A DNA stretch of 63,954 bases, counting the filler, from Reticulomyxa filosa (taxonomy: Eukaryota > Protista > Foraminifera), in NCBI GenBank assembly GCA_000512085.1. It is 23 parts of 23 records of this genome, joined end to end, with 100 filler letters (N's around TTAATTAATTAA, not from the genome) between each part and the next. Parts side by side here need not be neighbours in the genome. Positions count along the whole stretch, not along the records: positions 37,577 to 38,723 come from ASPP01025260.1; positions 38,824 to 41,131 come from ASPP01041063.1; positions 41,232 to 44,030 come from ASPP01028972.1; positions 44,131 to 45,812 come from ASPP01001848.1; positions 45,913 to 49,286 come from ASPP01014219.1; positions 49,387 to 50,519 come from ASPP01047185.1; positions 50,620 to 54,812 come from ASPP01005664.1; 16 more parts are not named here. The stretch is one strand, 5' to 3'. Within the stretch, counting starts at the first letter, position 1; each line of letters opens with the position of its first letter. The notes under the pieces were generated by a model. It was not told the origin of the DNA and ran no database searches. It saw nothing but the letters and a program-made list of their open reading frames with translations. Shown one piece after another: positions 37,701 through 52,166 of the stretch. The translations under genes were made by a program, and so were the position numbers.

Positions 37701-38575
37701 CTAACTTTGTGCAGTATTCTTTCCACCCAAAACAAACAAAAGATTGCCATAAGTGTGGCATGACTGACTATCGCGTCCATCGTCCCATCCGTAGGCTTTG
37801 TTCCAGCCGTTTGTGAACTGCGGTGTACCTTGTGCAGGGAGTGTGGGTGCTCCGGTCGGGCTTTGTGTGGGTTTGCGCGAGGGCTTTACCGTTGGTCGTT
37901 TGGTGGGTCGTTTGGTCGGCTTTGCGGTTGTTGGCACATTGGGGGCAGTAAAGTCTTACATTGGGATACCAGTCAAACCAACTCATTTTTTTTTGGATTT
38001 TCTTTATCAAAAAAAAAAAAAAAAAACTTTATGTATGCAATTGTTTTTTAAAAAAAAAAACTGGTGCAATATGCGATATTTTGCATGTAATTGTCTACAA
38101 ATCCGCCGTACAAACAGAGAACATTATTACTATACACCAAAGAAAACTCTGAGATCAACGCAGTCATGTCTTGATTATATAACCACTTTTGCCCGCAAGT
38201 GTCGCCGATATAAAACTGCTCGTTCATTCCTGCCTCTGTTATCCCTCCAAACTCGACAAAGATGCAACTGGTCAAACCGATCACACGCATTTGGCTCGTC
38301 GGCTGAGGCAATCGCATCCCCAATACCTGACAGTTGGTGTAGTCACCTTTGCACAGCTGGACATAGTCTAAAAATCCACTGCTCGTGGATCCATAGGTGC
38401 GTCCCCCTACCACCACTATCGACCCAGTTGTGCTACTCGGCAACGCATCGCATCCTGTGTCGAAAGCTGCAACTGCCAAGTTTCCATACTCGCATCGAAA
38501 GTCATATGCCGTGGTTTCCGCTTGCAGTCGCGCAATTGTATCCACTCCGAGTGTATATTGTTGCGTTGACATATC
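37701..38575 (-). CDS. Kelch-repeat protein with a Pro-Thr (PTxxPT) linker, internal fragment
   Basis: IVVVGG, FVEFGG, LCLYGG and LFVLGG blades, plus PTTAKPTKRPTKRPTVKPSRKPTQSPTGAPT. Confidence 0.65.
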
Positions 38576-38918
38576 AAAGCACTGGCAAACAAAACCAAAA
38601 AAAAAAATTTTTTCTTTTTTTCCTCCTTTTTTGCTCTCTTTCCTTTTCCTACCTTATTCCTTTAAACTTTCCTTTTTTTTTTTTTTTAAAAAATACGTAT
38701 ACTACTTTTTTTTTTTTTTTTTTNNNNNNNNNNNNNNNNNNNNNNNNNNNNNNNNNNNNNNNNNNNNTTAATTAATTAANNNNNNNNNNNNNNNNNNNNN
38801 NNNNNNNNNNNNNNNNNNNNNNNCATGCTATTTATAGGCTTTTGATTGTTCGTGTTACTTTTTTTTTTAAACACACTAATTTGACAAATAACATAAACTA
38901 CATAAACTTGTAACTAGA

Positions 38919-40264
38919 TATTTGAGACTTGAGTTAAAGATTGGAAGCAGTGACAGTCAAGGTAGAGCATATGAAGAAATCATTTGTGATATATTCAAAA
39001 ATTTGCTTGGCCAATGGTGAAGATTGTGCGAATCGCAGAAAACTGGCTTTATTCAACAATTGTGCCAGATTTGGTTCGAAATTGTGTGATGAGATGTATG
39101 AAAAATTTCCAGAATTAACACGCTTTTACAAAGCCTTTAAAGCGTTGGCCGTTGCAAAATTATTTCAAAAACGATCCTAAATATCCTTTCAACAATACGA
39201 TGGCATCATTCAAGTAGTAAAATTTTTATAAATTTGTTTTATTATTAAATGTTGATTGGTGCTTGGTCACATAGAACAAATGAAAGTTGTGAATTAATGA
39301 ATTTTTTTTTCAAATTCACTGAGAAAATAAACAATTATACTTGAATTAATTCTCGTATATAAAATATCCTTTTTTTGATAAAGTCTGCCATGTCTTTGCT
39401 TGTAAACTTTTTGTTACTACTTACTATTTTGTTGTTGTACACGCTTTGTAGAGGTAACAAGCAACGTTTGATCATTTAGCATTGATCCAATGTATTGATG
39501 ACATTTTGATGAAAAGTTTTGTCTGTCTTGTATAAATTTTTCTTTTTATTATTTTTTTGTGAGAAAGACTGCAATGCATTTATTGACTATGTTCATGCTC
39601 GATCAACCAAACATTGTTGAAATTGCTTTCTTCAACAAAGACTTGTACGAAAGACGAGTGTTTCGTTTTCGTTTTTGCAAAAAAAAAAACTGTTATCAAA
39701 GTCTCGCTTCTCTTCTTTTGTTGTCAATTCATCGTCCAAATGGAGGTCTTGATCTTTTCAAAGAGAATATTTTGCTGAGAGTTGTTTGGAACAGACGTGT
39801 TTCGTTGGAAAAAAAAAAAGGACAACTTGGTAGAACTTGAGCAATTAAACAAACCAAAAAGACTGACAGTGATTGGAACTTGTCAGCACACTTTGGAAGT
39901 ATCTTAGGCCACCAGTTCATTGGAGCAAGTTTTGTTTTCAACTTTTATCTTGTAATTAAAGGGGGGAAGTGTATCTCATACAACACAAATTTTTTATCTT
40001 ATTACTTTTTTAAAAAAGGATCTGTTCTTTCTATTGATGCAACTTTGAATTTATTCAAAAAAAAAAAGAAAGAAATTGACGATATTGATAAAGTTGATGG
40101 AGAATAAACCTCGGTTGAAAAGGATTGAATTAAAGGACTTAATAAGGCAATGGAATAATATTTGTGCAACAAGGCAAGGCGCTGGACGGATATGCTCACA
40201 AATTGGTGAAAGTGCCAACACCAATTATTTAATATTAGTTAACAATACACCCGATATCCTTTGA
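38919..40264 (+). pseudogene. Degraded coding fragments of an unknown protein
   Basis: Coding-like pieces (ARFGSKLCDEMYEKFPELTRFYKAFKALAVAK; PNGGLDL) are interrupted by stops and frameshifts. Confidence 0.25.
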
Positions 40265-42469
40265 ACAAGCTTACCGCAATGACATATCTCGATCACGGCG
40301 GGGCATTGCACAATTGGAAAAAAAGCAAAATGTTGCTTCTCAATTTGCATGCTTATTTGTTTAAAGGGATCGTAAATAATATTTAATCTATTGATTTTTT
40401 TATTCTTTTTTTTGATCGATGGACCGTTCCAACAGTGATTGGAAAACTAAATTTTTTTTCCTCTATCCTTTTTTAGTTTGAAAATTTTGTTCTATTGAAC
40501 ATTACAAAAAAAAAGATAAATGTTTTGCAAGAGCCAATTCAATAGCCTTTTTTTTGTATCAAATAGAAAATTCCAAAGAAAATGTATTATTGATAACGAA
40601 TTTGATGCAAGTAAATGATTCAATGATACTTTTTTTACAGTAATTGTAAACTCAAAAAAATATTATCTTCCATTGTTTAATTTTGTTTTTGATTGAAACT
40701 CATTGGAAAATATTGGACGAAATCATGATCATGAAAACAATTTTTAAAAATTTTGCTGCACATTCAATTGCGTCCCTGCTTTTTTCAAACTGATAAAGAA
40801 AATTTACCAACGTGCAAGAAAAATACTCAAAACATCGAATATTGTATAATTGTACCAGCATGTACCAGAAATGACGGTGCTATCTGGAGTAGATACAAAT
40901 ATAACTTTTTCTTCCTTTCGATTATACTGCTCACCATTTTAAACACAAAAATAGAAATGAAAAAGAATAGTATCATCAGTTTTTTTTCATTAAAAACAAT
41001 TTTTGGCTTATCTTTTCGTGTATAAATTATTGATATCATTCAATTAATCGAAAAATTATATCATTTGTTTCATCAAAATAAAAATTACATTATTTGGCTG
41101 ATTTACTTGAACATAATATTGATAATATGTANNNNNNNNNNNNNNNNNNNNNNNNNNNNNNNNNNNNNNNNNNNNTTAATTAATTAANNNNNNNNNNNNN
41201 NNNNNNNNNNNNNNNNNNNNNNNNNNNNNNNGACACATACTTCCAACTCTTATGTCTCGTAGCACTATGTCATTTATAATATGTATTATTAGTGAATGTC
41301 TCCAAAATGGATTTTCTTTTTTTTAATAATATAGAATGTAGATTGTACTTTTATATTTAAATTTCTGTCCAATCTATTACATTAATTCTAATAATATTTG
41401 TCAACATATTCATTTAATAATCTATTAGGTATACTCCATCTTTTGTCAGCACCTTTTACAATTTGTCTTTGCATAATTTTTTATGTTCATTAATTAAGTT
41501 GTAGAATTAGTATTAGTTGTTGTAGTATTATTATTATCATTACCATTTGCATTTGTATTTACTGTTACATTTTCAATATTATATGTACTTGATCTCAATT
41601 TGTTAACATGTTCTTGTAAATATTGATATTACTGATTCTGTACATCTTTTTTTTTTACATCAATAGAATTAGATGTTAATCGTATATAAATACGATCATT
41701 TTGATAACTGTATTGCTCTTTGTGCAATTAAAGTACCTTTATGAATACGAATATCTAATGCAGATAATCTTCTCATTTCTTTAAATAAAGAAATTAATTT
41801 CTGTTATCCATTGTTCAATAATAGATTTAGAATCCAATTTAGAATCAAATTGCAATTAATCGTGCTAATTATTCTATCTTCCTTCTTTCATGTGAATCTA
41901 ATCCTAATGATCTTTTTTAATTGTTTTAACCATATAACTTCAGATACAAAAGATATGTCACATAATATCTTTACTTTCTCTTTCTACATTAGCAAATAAT
42001 TTATTACATATTTCACAAACATGAAATATTTCTCTAAGATCACTAGCTTTTTCCATTTTTTGAACGTAATTGTTCTCTATACATTATTTCCATTGTGAAT
42101 CTAAACATCTTAATTTATAATATATCTTGGGTAGGAAATAATTAATATGCTTCAATTTCTTTTCTTATCAGGCGATGTAGAAAAAGACAGAGCAATCACT
42201 TTTTCTAACTTTCTTATTTTCTACAATTGTTTCTAAACCTATTAATTTCAATCTTCTTCACGTAAATTCCATGCTGCATGTTGTCTTTGTCTTAATCTTT
42301 ATTGAGGCATTTCTTATTAACATATATGTATATATTTTATTAATAAAAAAACAATAAAAAGATTGAATTAAGTAAGAAGAGCCTCTTTTTTATTTATCTT
42401 CTATAATGCACGCCTTTATTTAACTTGGCGGAAAAATGATTCGAGTTTTTTCTTGCATTATTGGATGTG

Positions 42470-43560
42470 CTTACGTGTCTGTCGTTAGCCTCTTTTCAAC
42501 GTCCATTATTGGATTGGAACGGAAATCTCGCATTCCACTTTATTCATGTCCAAGCAGTTTGTATGCCTTTTTTTTGTTAATTTATTTTAAACGTGATTTT
42601 TTATTATTGTTATTGTTATTGTCATGTTAAAGAAAAGAGAAAAGCAAACCAGTTGTGCTGCATTGTATTCAAGGAACAATGCAGTGACAATTTGATGATT
42701 TCCACGAGAATTTCTTTCTAACTCTTTTGTCGGTGCGGCGATGCCACACTTGGCTTGGAAGTCGTTCGATGATATGTCATGAGACACTCTGCATTTTACC
42801 ATATAACTTCTGTTTGTTTTCTTCGTCCATTGCGCTCTCGTCCTCTTCCTTGATGCTTTGTTCTTCAATGACGAATCCAATGATATTATCGAATAAGAGG
42901 CATTTCTTTTAAATTTTATTTGTTTATGTTTTTTTGTTAAATAATTTTTAAATAAACAAAGATTCCAAACTTGTTAGAAGATTGGCTTAATTCTCGCAAG
43001 TCTTTCTTATGCTTTCCTCATCATCCTCTTGGTTTGGTCAAATGAATAGAGAGTTCATTGCTGGCAGTGCTGATGCAATTGTGATTGGGTGAGCTCATAT
43101 ATGCCATCCTCGTGTTTCACTGATGGATAGCGACATCTCGCTTCGAGTACTATACTCACTTTGTGTGTCATCTATCAATTGTCGATCTTTATCATTATCA
43201 TCATCTTCATCTCCTTCATCGTAGTCGTCTTCGTCTGTAATATTGCTGCGTCGACTTTGTGCTTGCAGTCGTGAGGTTCCCATTGGAGGAGTGTGTCGTC
43301 CCTTTTTGTGTATGTGTTGGTAGTGCTGTCGATGATGATGGTGCTGCTGTTGCTCATAGCGATTGATCTCCACGCTCTTTTGCACAAACGACGACTTACA
43401 TTCTCCTGCTTCTTGCGTTTTTGCTCATATTTTCGATACAATCTTTTGATATGCGTACTGACTTTTGCTTTTCTTTTGAACTGAAGATGATCGAAAAAGC
43501 AGATTTTTTTTTAGAAGAACCTTCATCTCTTGGTTCCCTATTTTTGGTAAAATACCTCAG
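42470..43560 (-). CDS. Hypothetical low-complexity (His/Gln/Asp-rich) protein, multi-exon
   Basis: Coding-like ORFs 43095-43385 and 42587-42880 flanked by intron-like AT tracts. Boundaries are approximate. Confidence 0.35.
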
Positions 43561-45125
43561 TTTACTTAATCAAAATTACAATAATAATTCACTTGAAATT
43601 TGTCGTAAATACAACACAATATCTCTTTTTTCCACCAAATTCTTATTGTTCATAATTACCTTATTTGCCCTCTATCTTTGTCTACATATACCTTCTTAAA
43701 GCTTACTTTTATAAAGCGTTTTTTATCATTTATTTGAGGAAAAATTTATTAATTTGCAATTTGAATTATCATTGAAATATGTATGTAATGTTCCTTGAAT
43801 GTGTTAGGATATAGAAGTAGAAACAATCCAACATGAAAGATTATTTCACAAAAACTGTTTTTTTGTGTTCTTTTTATCATGTTTATTCTAAACTTGCTCG
43901 TGATAAAATGAATATCTAATCTCGTCAGTTCTAAAATGCAAAATATTATTGAGGAAAACATTCTGGCAAACATTAATGCAATTTTTGTCTTTTTTATCGT
44001 GTTTATTCATTAAAAACTCAAACTAACTTTNNNNNNNNNNNNNNNNNNNNNNNNNNNNNNNNNNNNNNNNNNNNTTAATTAATTAANNNNNNNNNNNNNN
44101 NNNNNNNNNNNNNNNNNNNNNNNNNNNNNNATCCAAACACATTGAATAGGGATGAAATGCTGTGCAATTGGATGAAGACAATGCTTTTCGATGAAAGAGA
44201 TTACAGCTTGTTTAATGAAAAGAGCGGAATCAAATTGCTAGTAAAACATGTAGGTGAATTATGGCATGCATTAAAATATAAAAAAACGGAAAATGTTTAC
44301 CATGAACATTTTTTTTTTAAATTTTGTAAGCCAAAGGTTGAGACGTTAATTACCATTGTAAATTTTGGAATTTAATGTTTACTCTGCTGTGACTTCTAAT
44401 ACGTATTTTGCAAAGAGACGGCGAACCTACAGTGGCGCCTCTATGAAGAGAATCAATTTCTTCATGAAAGATAAAAAACAATCTTGTCGTTTTTAAATAA
44501 AATTTTTTTGTATTTAATTTGTTTTTGTTTTGTGCTATTTACTTCGCAATGAAAAAATGTTATAAAAAAAAGGTTGGGTGTTTTCCTTCCAAGAACGTTG
44601 CAAACCAAAACCTGACAAAATTAAAAAGTTGCAGACGGCAAGGAGCAATAACACGAAAATATACCATTTGTGTAATTTATGTTTACGCAATTTTAACGTT
44701 TCAAAGTCGAATATTCAAATTTTTACTATTCGAGCTTAACAAAGCAATGGTCAATTTAAAAATAAGAAACAAACGCATTCAAAGTAAATAAAAGATTTGT
44801 TAAATTACACCTTTTATTTCATCATTGAGGTTTCTTTTTTGTTTTCGACACTCTTTACAACTACAAAAAAAGTTAAACAACTATTTTCAAAGATTTTGTT
44901 GAAAATCCTTTGGAAAAAAAACTTTTAATATGTGCATACTAAGTTTTGGACAAGTTCTTTTAAAAAATTTTTATCATCACTGAAAAAGAAATCACATGTA
45001 TTGTTAACATCCGTTTTTCATGTCGATAAAAATATTTTTGAAAACCCCTTTCATTGCCATCGAAAGAAAAAAAGTTCATTATCTTCCATTTTACATTATC
45101 AAAAACGATTTTAAGAAAAAATAAA

Positions 45126-45812
45126 ATGACAACTCTTAGCAATGAGAAGCAAACTTCAACACAATTAGCGTTGGTAAGCTTTATTACAAGCCTTCAGAAA
45201 ATTTAATGTTTTGTTTATCGTATGTAAATTGTGATCCAAATAGTCTGAAGAAAAGATTCAAGTAATCATACAACATTGGATTCGAATATTTAAATTAGGA
45301 TGGATTCATGAGTTTGACAAACTTGTTGTCAATTATGTTAGTTCATTTGTTTATTATTTTTAAATACTATCAAAATATTCAAATATTTATTTAACATAGG
45401 CATCTACTGTCTTAATGTTTGACACATTTCGTTCATCTTCCAAATTGATCAATACATTCACTGGACATACAACTGCTGTGTGGAGTATTGATTATTCAAT
45501 ATTTGATGATTGCCAATTCATTTGTTCTGGATCATATGATAGAACAATTCGTGTATGGGATGTTGATAACAACAAACAAATTCAATCATTCAATGGACAT
45601 TCACTTCACGTGAATTGTGTGAAATTTTCATCATATCATTATCATAATCATCATCAACATGTCATTTGTTCTTCATCAAGTGATAAAACCATTCGTTTTT
45701 GGGATTTCAAACATAATAAACAATTACAAATATTCAATGGGCACACTGATTGGGTTGGTGGAATTGAGTTTTCACCATTTAATGGTGGCAGATATTTGTG
45801 TTCTGGATCATA
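45126..45812 (+). CDS. WD40-repeat protein, 3'-partial
   Basis: MTTLSNEKQ|..IIQHWIRI..GWIHEFDKLVVNY|..FTGHTTAVWSID..SGSYDRTIRVWD, FNGH..SSSDKTIRFWD, FNGH.. Confidence 0.92.
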
Positions 45813-45912
45813 NNNNNNNNNNNNNNNNNNNNNNNNNNNNNNNNNNNNNNNNNNNNTTAATTAATTAANNNNNNNNNNNNNNNNNNNNNNNNNNNNNNNN
45901 NNNNNNNNNNNN

Positions 45913-45950
<38 letters not shown>

Positions 45951-45998
45951 AGTTGCTGTTGTTGTGTTAAAAAAAAAAAATGAAAGGTAGCGCGATGC

Positions 45999-46312
45999 CT
46001 GAATTTGCTCGTCGTTCCATGAATCTAATGTCGTCGATTTCACTTTAGATATGTGAACGCCCAATTGTCTGTGGATACCAGCGCAACCGATGCATACAAA
46101 TATGCCAAGGTTATACACGCTCCAATCTGGGTCTGTTGTGTCAATGCCACAAACACGTTCAAAATGAAACGAAGGCGTGAACTGAGCTCGTGACGACCGT
46201 TCTCGTCTCATTGTCGCCACATCCTCTTACCTTTCAATCCACAATCGGCACAAAATTCATTTCCTTTTTGGTTTCGTAATTCATTTACTTTTTGCTTCCA
46301 AGAGTCAACCAT
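45999..46312 (-). CDS. ArfGAP-domain protein, first two exons
   Basis: [11 protein letters not shown]|[39 protein letters not shown] contains the CxxC...CxxC...R ArfGAP signature. Confidence 0.95.
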
Positions 46313-47917
46313 GCGTCTCCAATTGTGAAGTTTGAAATTGAACTCGAACAACCGTTTTACTACTTTCACAGTGAACACACTAAATTCTTTCATATTTGTT
46401 AATCAAAGCTCGAATATCATTCCCAAATAAGCAGTTATATTATCGCAAAAATTGTCACTCCTTGATTTTTCTTTTCCTGTTTGTTTTTTGTCGAAAAAGT
46501 TGTTTTAGTATTTTTCATGTTTAGTCGAAAATATTTAAATTACTTTTACTTGAATGATGTCCTTATATGAAATCACTGAAAAGTTATAAATTGGAAACCT
46601 AGTTGAAAGTAATAGTGCCACAAAAACAGAGCATCTTAAAATTGGGCTTTTAGTTTTGAAACATCGACAAATGGGCCTCTCTACCAAAGAATAGAAAGTA
46701 TCCAAACATCCTCAAATCAGACAAAAAAAATTTGAAACAAAATAAGTAACATAAATACACCAAAAACAATAATTCAAATGAAAAAAAAATTTCAAAGTAA
46801 ATTTAAAATAAAAAGATATACAGCTTTAAACTAAAAACATATAAATACTAAAAGTGTATTGAAAATAGTTTTGGAGCGGGAAAGTAAGTTTTTAGAAAAT
46901 GATTTTTGTTGAATTAAATTAAAAAGAAAAGGTGAAATATTGGAGCATCCACAGTTTTAAAAGAAATATGCAAATTTTATGAATTTCAACAAACGTAAAA
47001 AAAAAAGTATAATAAATTAAATGTTGGTGATTCAGTTATGATATTATTTACACAATGCATTATTATATTACGTACATTTGCTATCTTCATCTTGCTTTGG
47101 ACAAACAACTACTACTTTTAGCTTTCTAAGTAGTGTAAAGTTAACGGAATTTGATAAAACAAAATTAGAATCAATTAATAAAGAAAAAATTATAACTTGT
47201 TGCTAAATGTTAACTATTGATTAATCAGTTGTGCGGTTTTAAAACATTAAATTTTGCTACTTTTCGTATATTAATTCATTTGGATGATTTTCGCCTTCAT
47301 TGTCAATTTTTCTTCTGCTTTTTCTATAGTTTTTTGCTCGAATGCATGCAGACTAGTCGCTTTTTCTTTACCACTTTTTAAAACTAACAGAAGCAGATAA
47401 CATAACCAAAATTTTGAGCAAATTGTGAAAGCTGAAATAAAGTACGCAGAATCGGAGAAATGTGTTTAATATGTTTGATCTATTCCAAACGTAGCAATAT
47501 ACTTATTTGTTATTGCCACACTTTGCAGATTGAAATAAAGAGATAAAAATTTCAAAAGGCTAAGATTAAACAAATTAAAAATAGTACATGACGGCCAGAT
47601 GAAGTTGTATGAATTGCCTTCCGATGAATCGCAAAAAGCTAATTCAAACTCTACAATTGGTCAGAATGCAATACAATAGGAAAAAGAAGCCAAAAGATAC
47701 ACCAAGCAAGAACAGCTACACAAACTTTGCTTTAGCATAAAAGAGAAAATTTCGACGACAGTGCTAAGAAAGGAGAAGAAAAGAAGAATATAGAGCAAAG
47801 CCCAATACGCGATGCGTCAGCATTTTTATTTTTTTTATTTTTTTATTTTTTTATTTTTTTTTTGCACTTTCTTTATTTTTCAATTGCCATGTGTTGGGAA
47901 TGATATTTGTTCAAAAT

Positions 47918-49155
47918 CTACAAAATTTTTGGAGCGAAACTAACACGAATCGTTCTTCCCAATTGAAAACCTTTCTTTACTTTCTCTAGCGGGTGGACAT
48001 TGATCATTGCTTCTTGTCCGTGCCACTTTTTCATGGACTGTTTTTGTGCTTCATTCAAGGGTTTTTCCAAGGCATCCAAATCGATATTGTCAAATCTGTT
48101 GGAAGCAAATTGTTTGTGCATACATTAGTATACGTTTAATCATATATGTATACGTATATATAGTATATATAAAACAAAACAAAACAAAACTGGATCAGAT
48201 TGACACCATGTTCAGTGACGTAGTCCTTTGGAAAACTTTCTTCATTATTGTCTGTAATCGCGCCATTAGCGATTAAGGTTCGGCAATAAATGTACATATG
48301 TGCCTGAAACACGTTGTAAAAAATGTGTTGATGGTCGAGAAGCGACTTTAAATGGCTGCGTTTAATCAACTTGAGCACAGGATACTTGATGCCTGTCAAG
48401 ATGAAAAGGATGCGATTTTGTTTGAAATACTTGACGACATTGTCAATGGCCAACACGCCACTGCTGTCCAAATCATTCACTGCGTGGCAATCCAAAATGA
48501 AGTAATACACAGGTTTGTTCAGTCGACGATGCCGTTGAACTAGCGCTTGAACTGCGCGTTTAAAGAACTCTGTGTTTCCAAAGTACAAAGCGCCGTCGAA
48601 ACGGAAGATGATAATGCCAGGGGTGGTAATGGCATCAGTCCATGTCCTGATGCTCCCATAAGCTCGAGACTGTGAAATGCGTCCAATCACAGCGCAATGC
48701 GGTTTGCTCGACCTTTGCACCAAAAATATGATGGACAAGGCGACTCCTACTTGTATGCCTTCGAAAATGCCCCACACTGTAGTGCACACCAATGTGATAA
48801 GAGCAATGTACGAATCTTTGGTGTCCACTAAAAACAGCTCCTTAATTTTTTGAAAGGGAAACATCCCGATGCAAGCGCTGTACACAATGCCCGCCAACAC
48901 TCCCTTTGGTAACCAATACACTAGATACGGCACTTGACTGATCACTATCATCATCACTATCGTTATACCTGCACAAATCCAAACGAACATTAGTGTCTTT
49001 GATCCCGCTTGGTCGGCCAATGGAGCATGCGTTATCACGCCACCTCCCGGCCAGGTCCCAAACAGTCCACCAATCAAGTTTATTATCCCATGGGCATACA
49101 TTTCATGCTGTGGAAATAGTCCGTACTCATGTTTCACCGCATAGCTGCTCGCCAC
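47918..49155 (-). CDS. SLC26/SulP anion transporter with STAS domain, 5'-partial
   Basis: LPKGVLAGIV, GIQVGVALS..RSSKPH..IG, IIIFRFDGALYFGN, ILDCHAVNDLDSSG (STAS). Confidence 0.93.
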
Positions 49156-49386
49156 TATATACATATATATATATGTATATGTACGTGTGTGTTCATGTAT
49201 AAATATTAATAAAAAAGAGTTGTATAATTAAAGTAACAATACAAAAAATTTTTAAATGTAGTATACGTATTTTTTTTTTTATTTTTNNNNNNNNNNNNNN
49301 NNNNNNNNNNNNNNNNNNNNNNNNNNNNNNTTAATTAATTAANNNNNNNNNNNNNNNNNNNNNNNNNNNNNNNNNNNNNNNNNNNN

Positions 49387-50519
49387 TGTTCAAAAGTCAA
49401 TACATTTTGACTCAATTCAAACACGCTGATATTCACTTGATTGTGTAAAAAGATATTACCACTTGCGTGCACATAAGGTGTATATGTAGATAAATCTGTA
49501 CCAATGTGATGCATCAAATTTCTCACTTTGTTTACATGTGAATACATTTTCAATCATCTCAAACACTGGTGCTATCAAATAGGCATTGTCTAATGCATCA
49601 CTCCACAGTTTCAATACATTCGCGACCGATTTTTTTTTAAAGTATGACTATTCTAATACATTCTAGCACTGGAAATGCTGTTTTTATTGTTGGCAACTAA
49701 TTGTATCACAATTGTATCGTTTGCGTTGAAATTCTTGAATATATTTGAGTTCAGAGATGTAATTGTACGATATTTGTTTTCACTACTTCCAAAATTAATA
49801 TCTTTTATATTCGGATTACTGCTCACACTGGTTTGACTTGCACCCAATGAAATGTTGAAATATGCATGTATGATATTGGTTTTGTCCACGGTTATTACAT
49901 CGGTAGATTGTATATTGTACATTCGAAGCATTTCACGAGATATTGCCACATTTTTGTTATTCAATATACATTGAGTAATTGTCACATCCATTGCATGTGG
50001 TTTGATCACATTTTATTCGTTTGATATTCAATGCACGGATCCAAGAGTTAAATGGCAATGATTGTATAACAATACAAATATTCACTGTTTGATTCAAGTG
50101 GCATATTCTCGTGAATGGTACCTATTCGTCCAATCAATTCAATCCATTTTTGAACACTCATGTTACTCCACGTGGTTTGCATTCATCATTAATGTCACTG
50201 GATTTCCATATGTTGTCATTTGTGCTATAAAATGTTATGCATATCCATTCACATAATTTTGGAATACATTTTGAACAAAATTCACAGATGATTGCATGCT
50301 ATTTTGATTGTATGAATACCAATTTCTCCAATCATTGCTATTGTTTCAAATGTACTTTGTGTTACATTCAATTGCAATTTTACATTTCCATAGCTTGCTT
50401 GTTGTTTCAATATAATAGACGATGTCATCACGTTTTTGAACCAATTGTGTGTCAACAATGCCGTTATTGTTTTGTCAATAAATGAATTATCGTCCATCTC
50501 AATGTATACACCATATTCT
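49387..50519 (-). pseudogene. Disrupted coding fragment, Asn/Ile/Thr-rich, possibly beta-helix-like
   Basis: Several collinear minus-strand ORF pieces of similar composition, broken by stops and frameshifts. No diagnostic motif. Confidence 0.3.
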
Positions 50520-50701
50520 NNNNNNNNNNNNNNNNNNNNNNNNNNNNNNNNNNNNNNNNNNNNTTAATTAATTAANNNNNNNNNNNNNNNNNNNNNNNNN
50601 NNNNNNNNNNNNNNNNNNNTCCTAAAATTTTGTGATTTTTTCGCATACATGTATGCGTATATGTATTACATAAACATAAATAAACAAATAAAATTGTATA
50701 G

Positions 50702-52166
50702 GATGTTGTCAGAAGATTTGGAATGGTGCTTGCGTCGATTGGGATTGGATGTAACGGTAGTGAACCCAGGATGGGTGAAAACGCCAATGCTGGACAAATT
50801 GACGACGAATTACCGATGGATGTTTGCGTTGGAAGCAGATGCTTGCGCGAAAGAAATCCGCGACGGATTGGAGAGGAATGTCGGTTACATCGACTTTCCT
50901 TGGAACGTCATGTTCATGTCATGGTACATTGGTGGACTACATCCTATCCTCCGTGCCATTGTCGCCTACACGTGTTGCAAGATGCCCATGCGTTGGATCC
51001 GTCGTAAGTTCCCACCAAACCCTTCCCAAATCAAACTCCGAAGCTATGCCAATTCGCTATTGCGATTGAGGCAGCAGCCAGATTTAATCAATGCAATGAT
51101 AAATGGAGGTTTTTTTTTTTAAAAAAAAATTTTATTTTTTTTAAAAAAAAAAAAAAAAAGATACTAATAATAATTTTTAAAAATAGCCTCCCTCATCCCC
51201 CCCCCCCACTCTTGCAATTGGACGATAGCAGGACAATCAGTACTTCATCAAAAAGGAAACCGATTGTCACAGCTGGGACCCGAGTATTCGGTTCAGCGTG
51301 AGCTGCTGACGGCGCCCGTGTCACCACATTTCCGCGGGGCCACGCAGCAGGCGTTTGGTCCGCTGTCGGTTCCTTCGTTCCACAGGCGTGGCGTCAGTGC
51401 CTTTGGCACCTTTGATCTGCAGTACCCGGCCTCCAACTCGCCCAAGCAAGAGTCGGGTGTGGGCAAAGGCAAGCCACATCGAGATAATATGGGCGTGCCA
51501 GTGGCCTCGGCGCTTGTGTCCGACGATCGTACGTATCGATCAAGCGAAAAGCGATCATTTAACTCACCTGTAGTAGCAACAGCAACAACAATAAGTAATG
51601 CAAACGCTTCGGTGGAAATTGTGACGGTGGCCAAAGGAAGCAGCGATGGTGATGGAATAACAACAACAATGGAACAGGATAAGGGCAGCAATGACATAGC
51701 GACGAATAAGCGCTTGATGGGGCACTCGCTGCATCATCAGATTCAATCGAGCGAATTAAATGAAATCCCGGAGAGTCGGGAAAATAGTGTTAATGAAAGC
51801 CAGGATGCACGCGTGGCTCGAGGTAGACATGCTGTGTCTTCGCACACACACACTCTTCAGGTCTCTGATAGTGTCGCTAAGCAAACTCATTTGAGCTTGC
51901 AACTTCACAGTGGCAAGGCCGTCGATAATAATGAAAGTCCCAATGTCCCCGCTGCCGCCTCCGCCGACACTTTGGATGAGCATGTCAACGCCAAAGAGTA
52001 TTCCACTTCCAACACCACACGACTCCATGATTTTGATCCAAGGCCGTCGAACACTTTTCATGAGGGCATTGCACTCCATATCTCACCCATTCAGGAACAA
52101 GTCTCGGCTGAAGAATTCGATCATTCCTCCAATGAACCAGAACAATCAGCTACAAAAGAAGATTAA
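50702..52166 (+). CDS. Short-chain dehydrogenase/reductase C-terminal part with a ~300-aa disordered extension, 5'-partial
   Basis: LSEDL...GLDVTVVNPGWVKTPM...A..CAKEIRDGLERN..IDFP, then an intron and a Ser/Thr-rich exon. Confidence 0.75.

Noticed and set aside
41232-42330. Very AT-rich stretch with coding-like fragments, possibly a viral or transposon relic
   Set aside because: Stops in all frames and no recognisable motif.
49387-50519. Possible viral capsid remnant
   Set aside because: No capsid or packaging motif. The composition fits a decayed host extracellular protein equally well.
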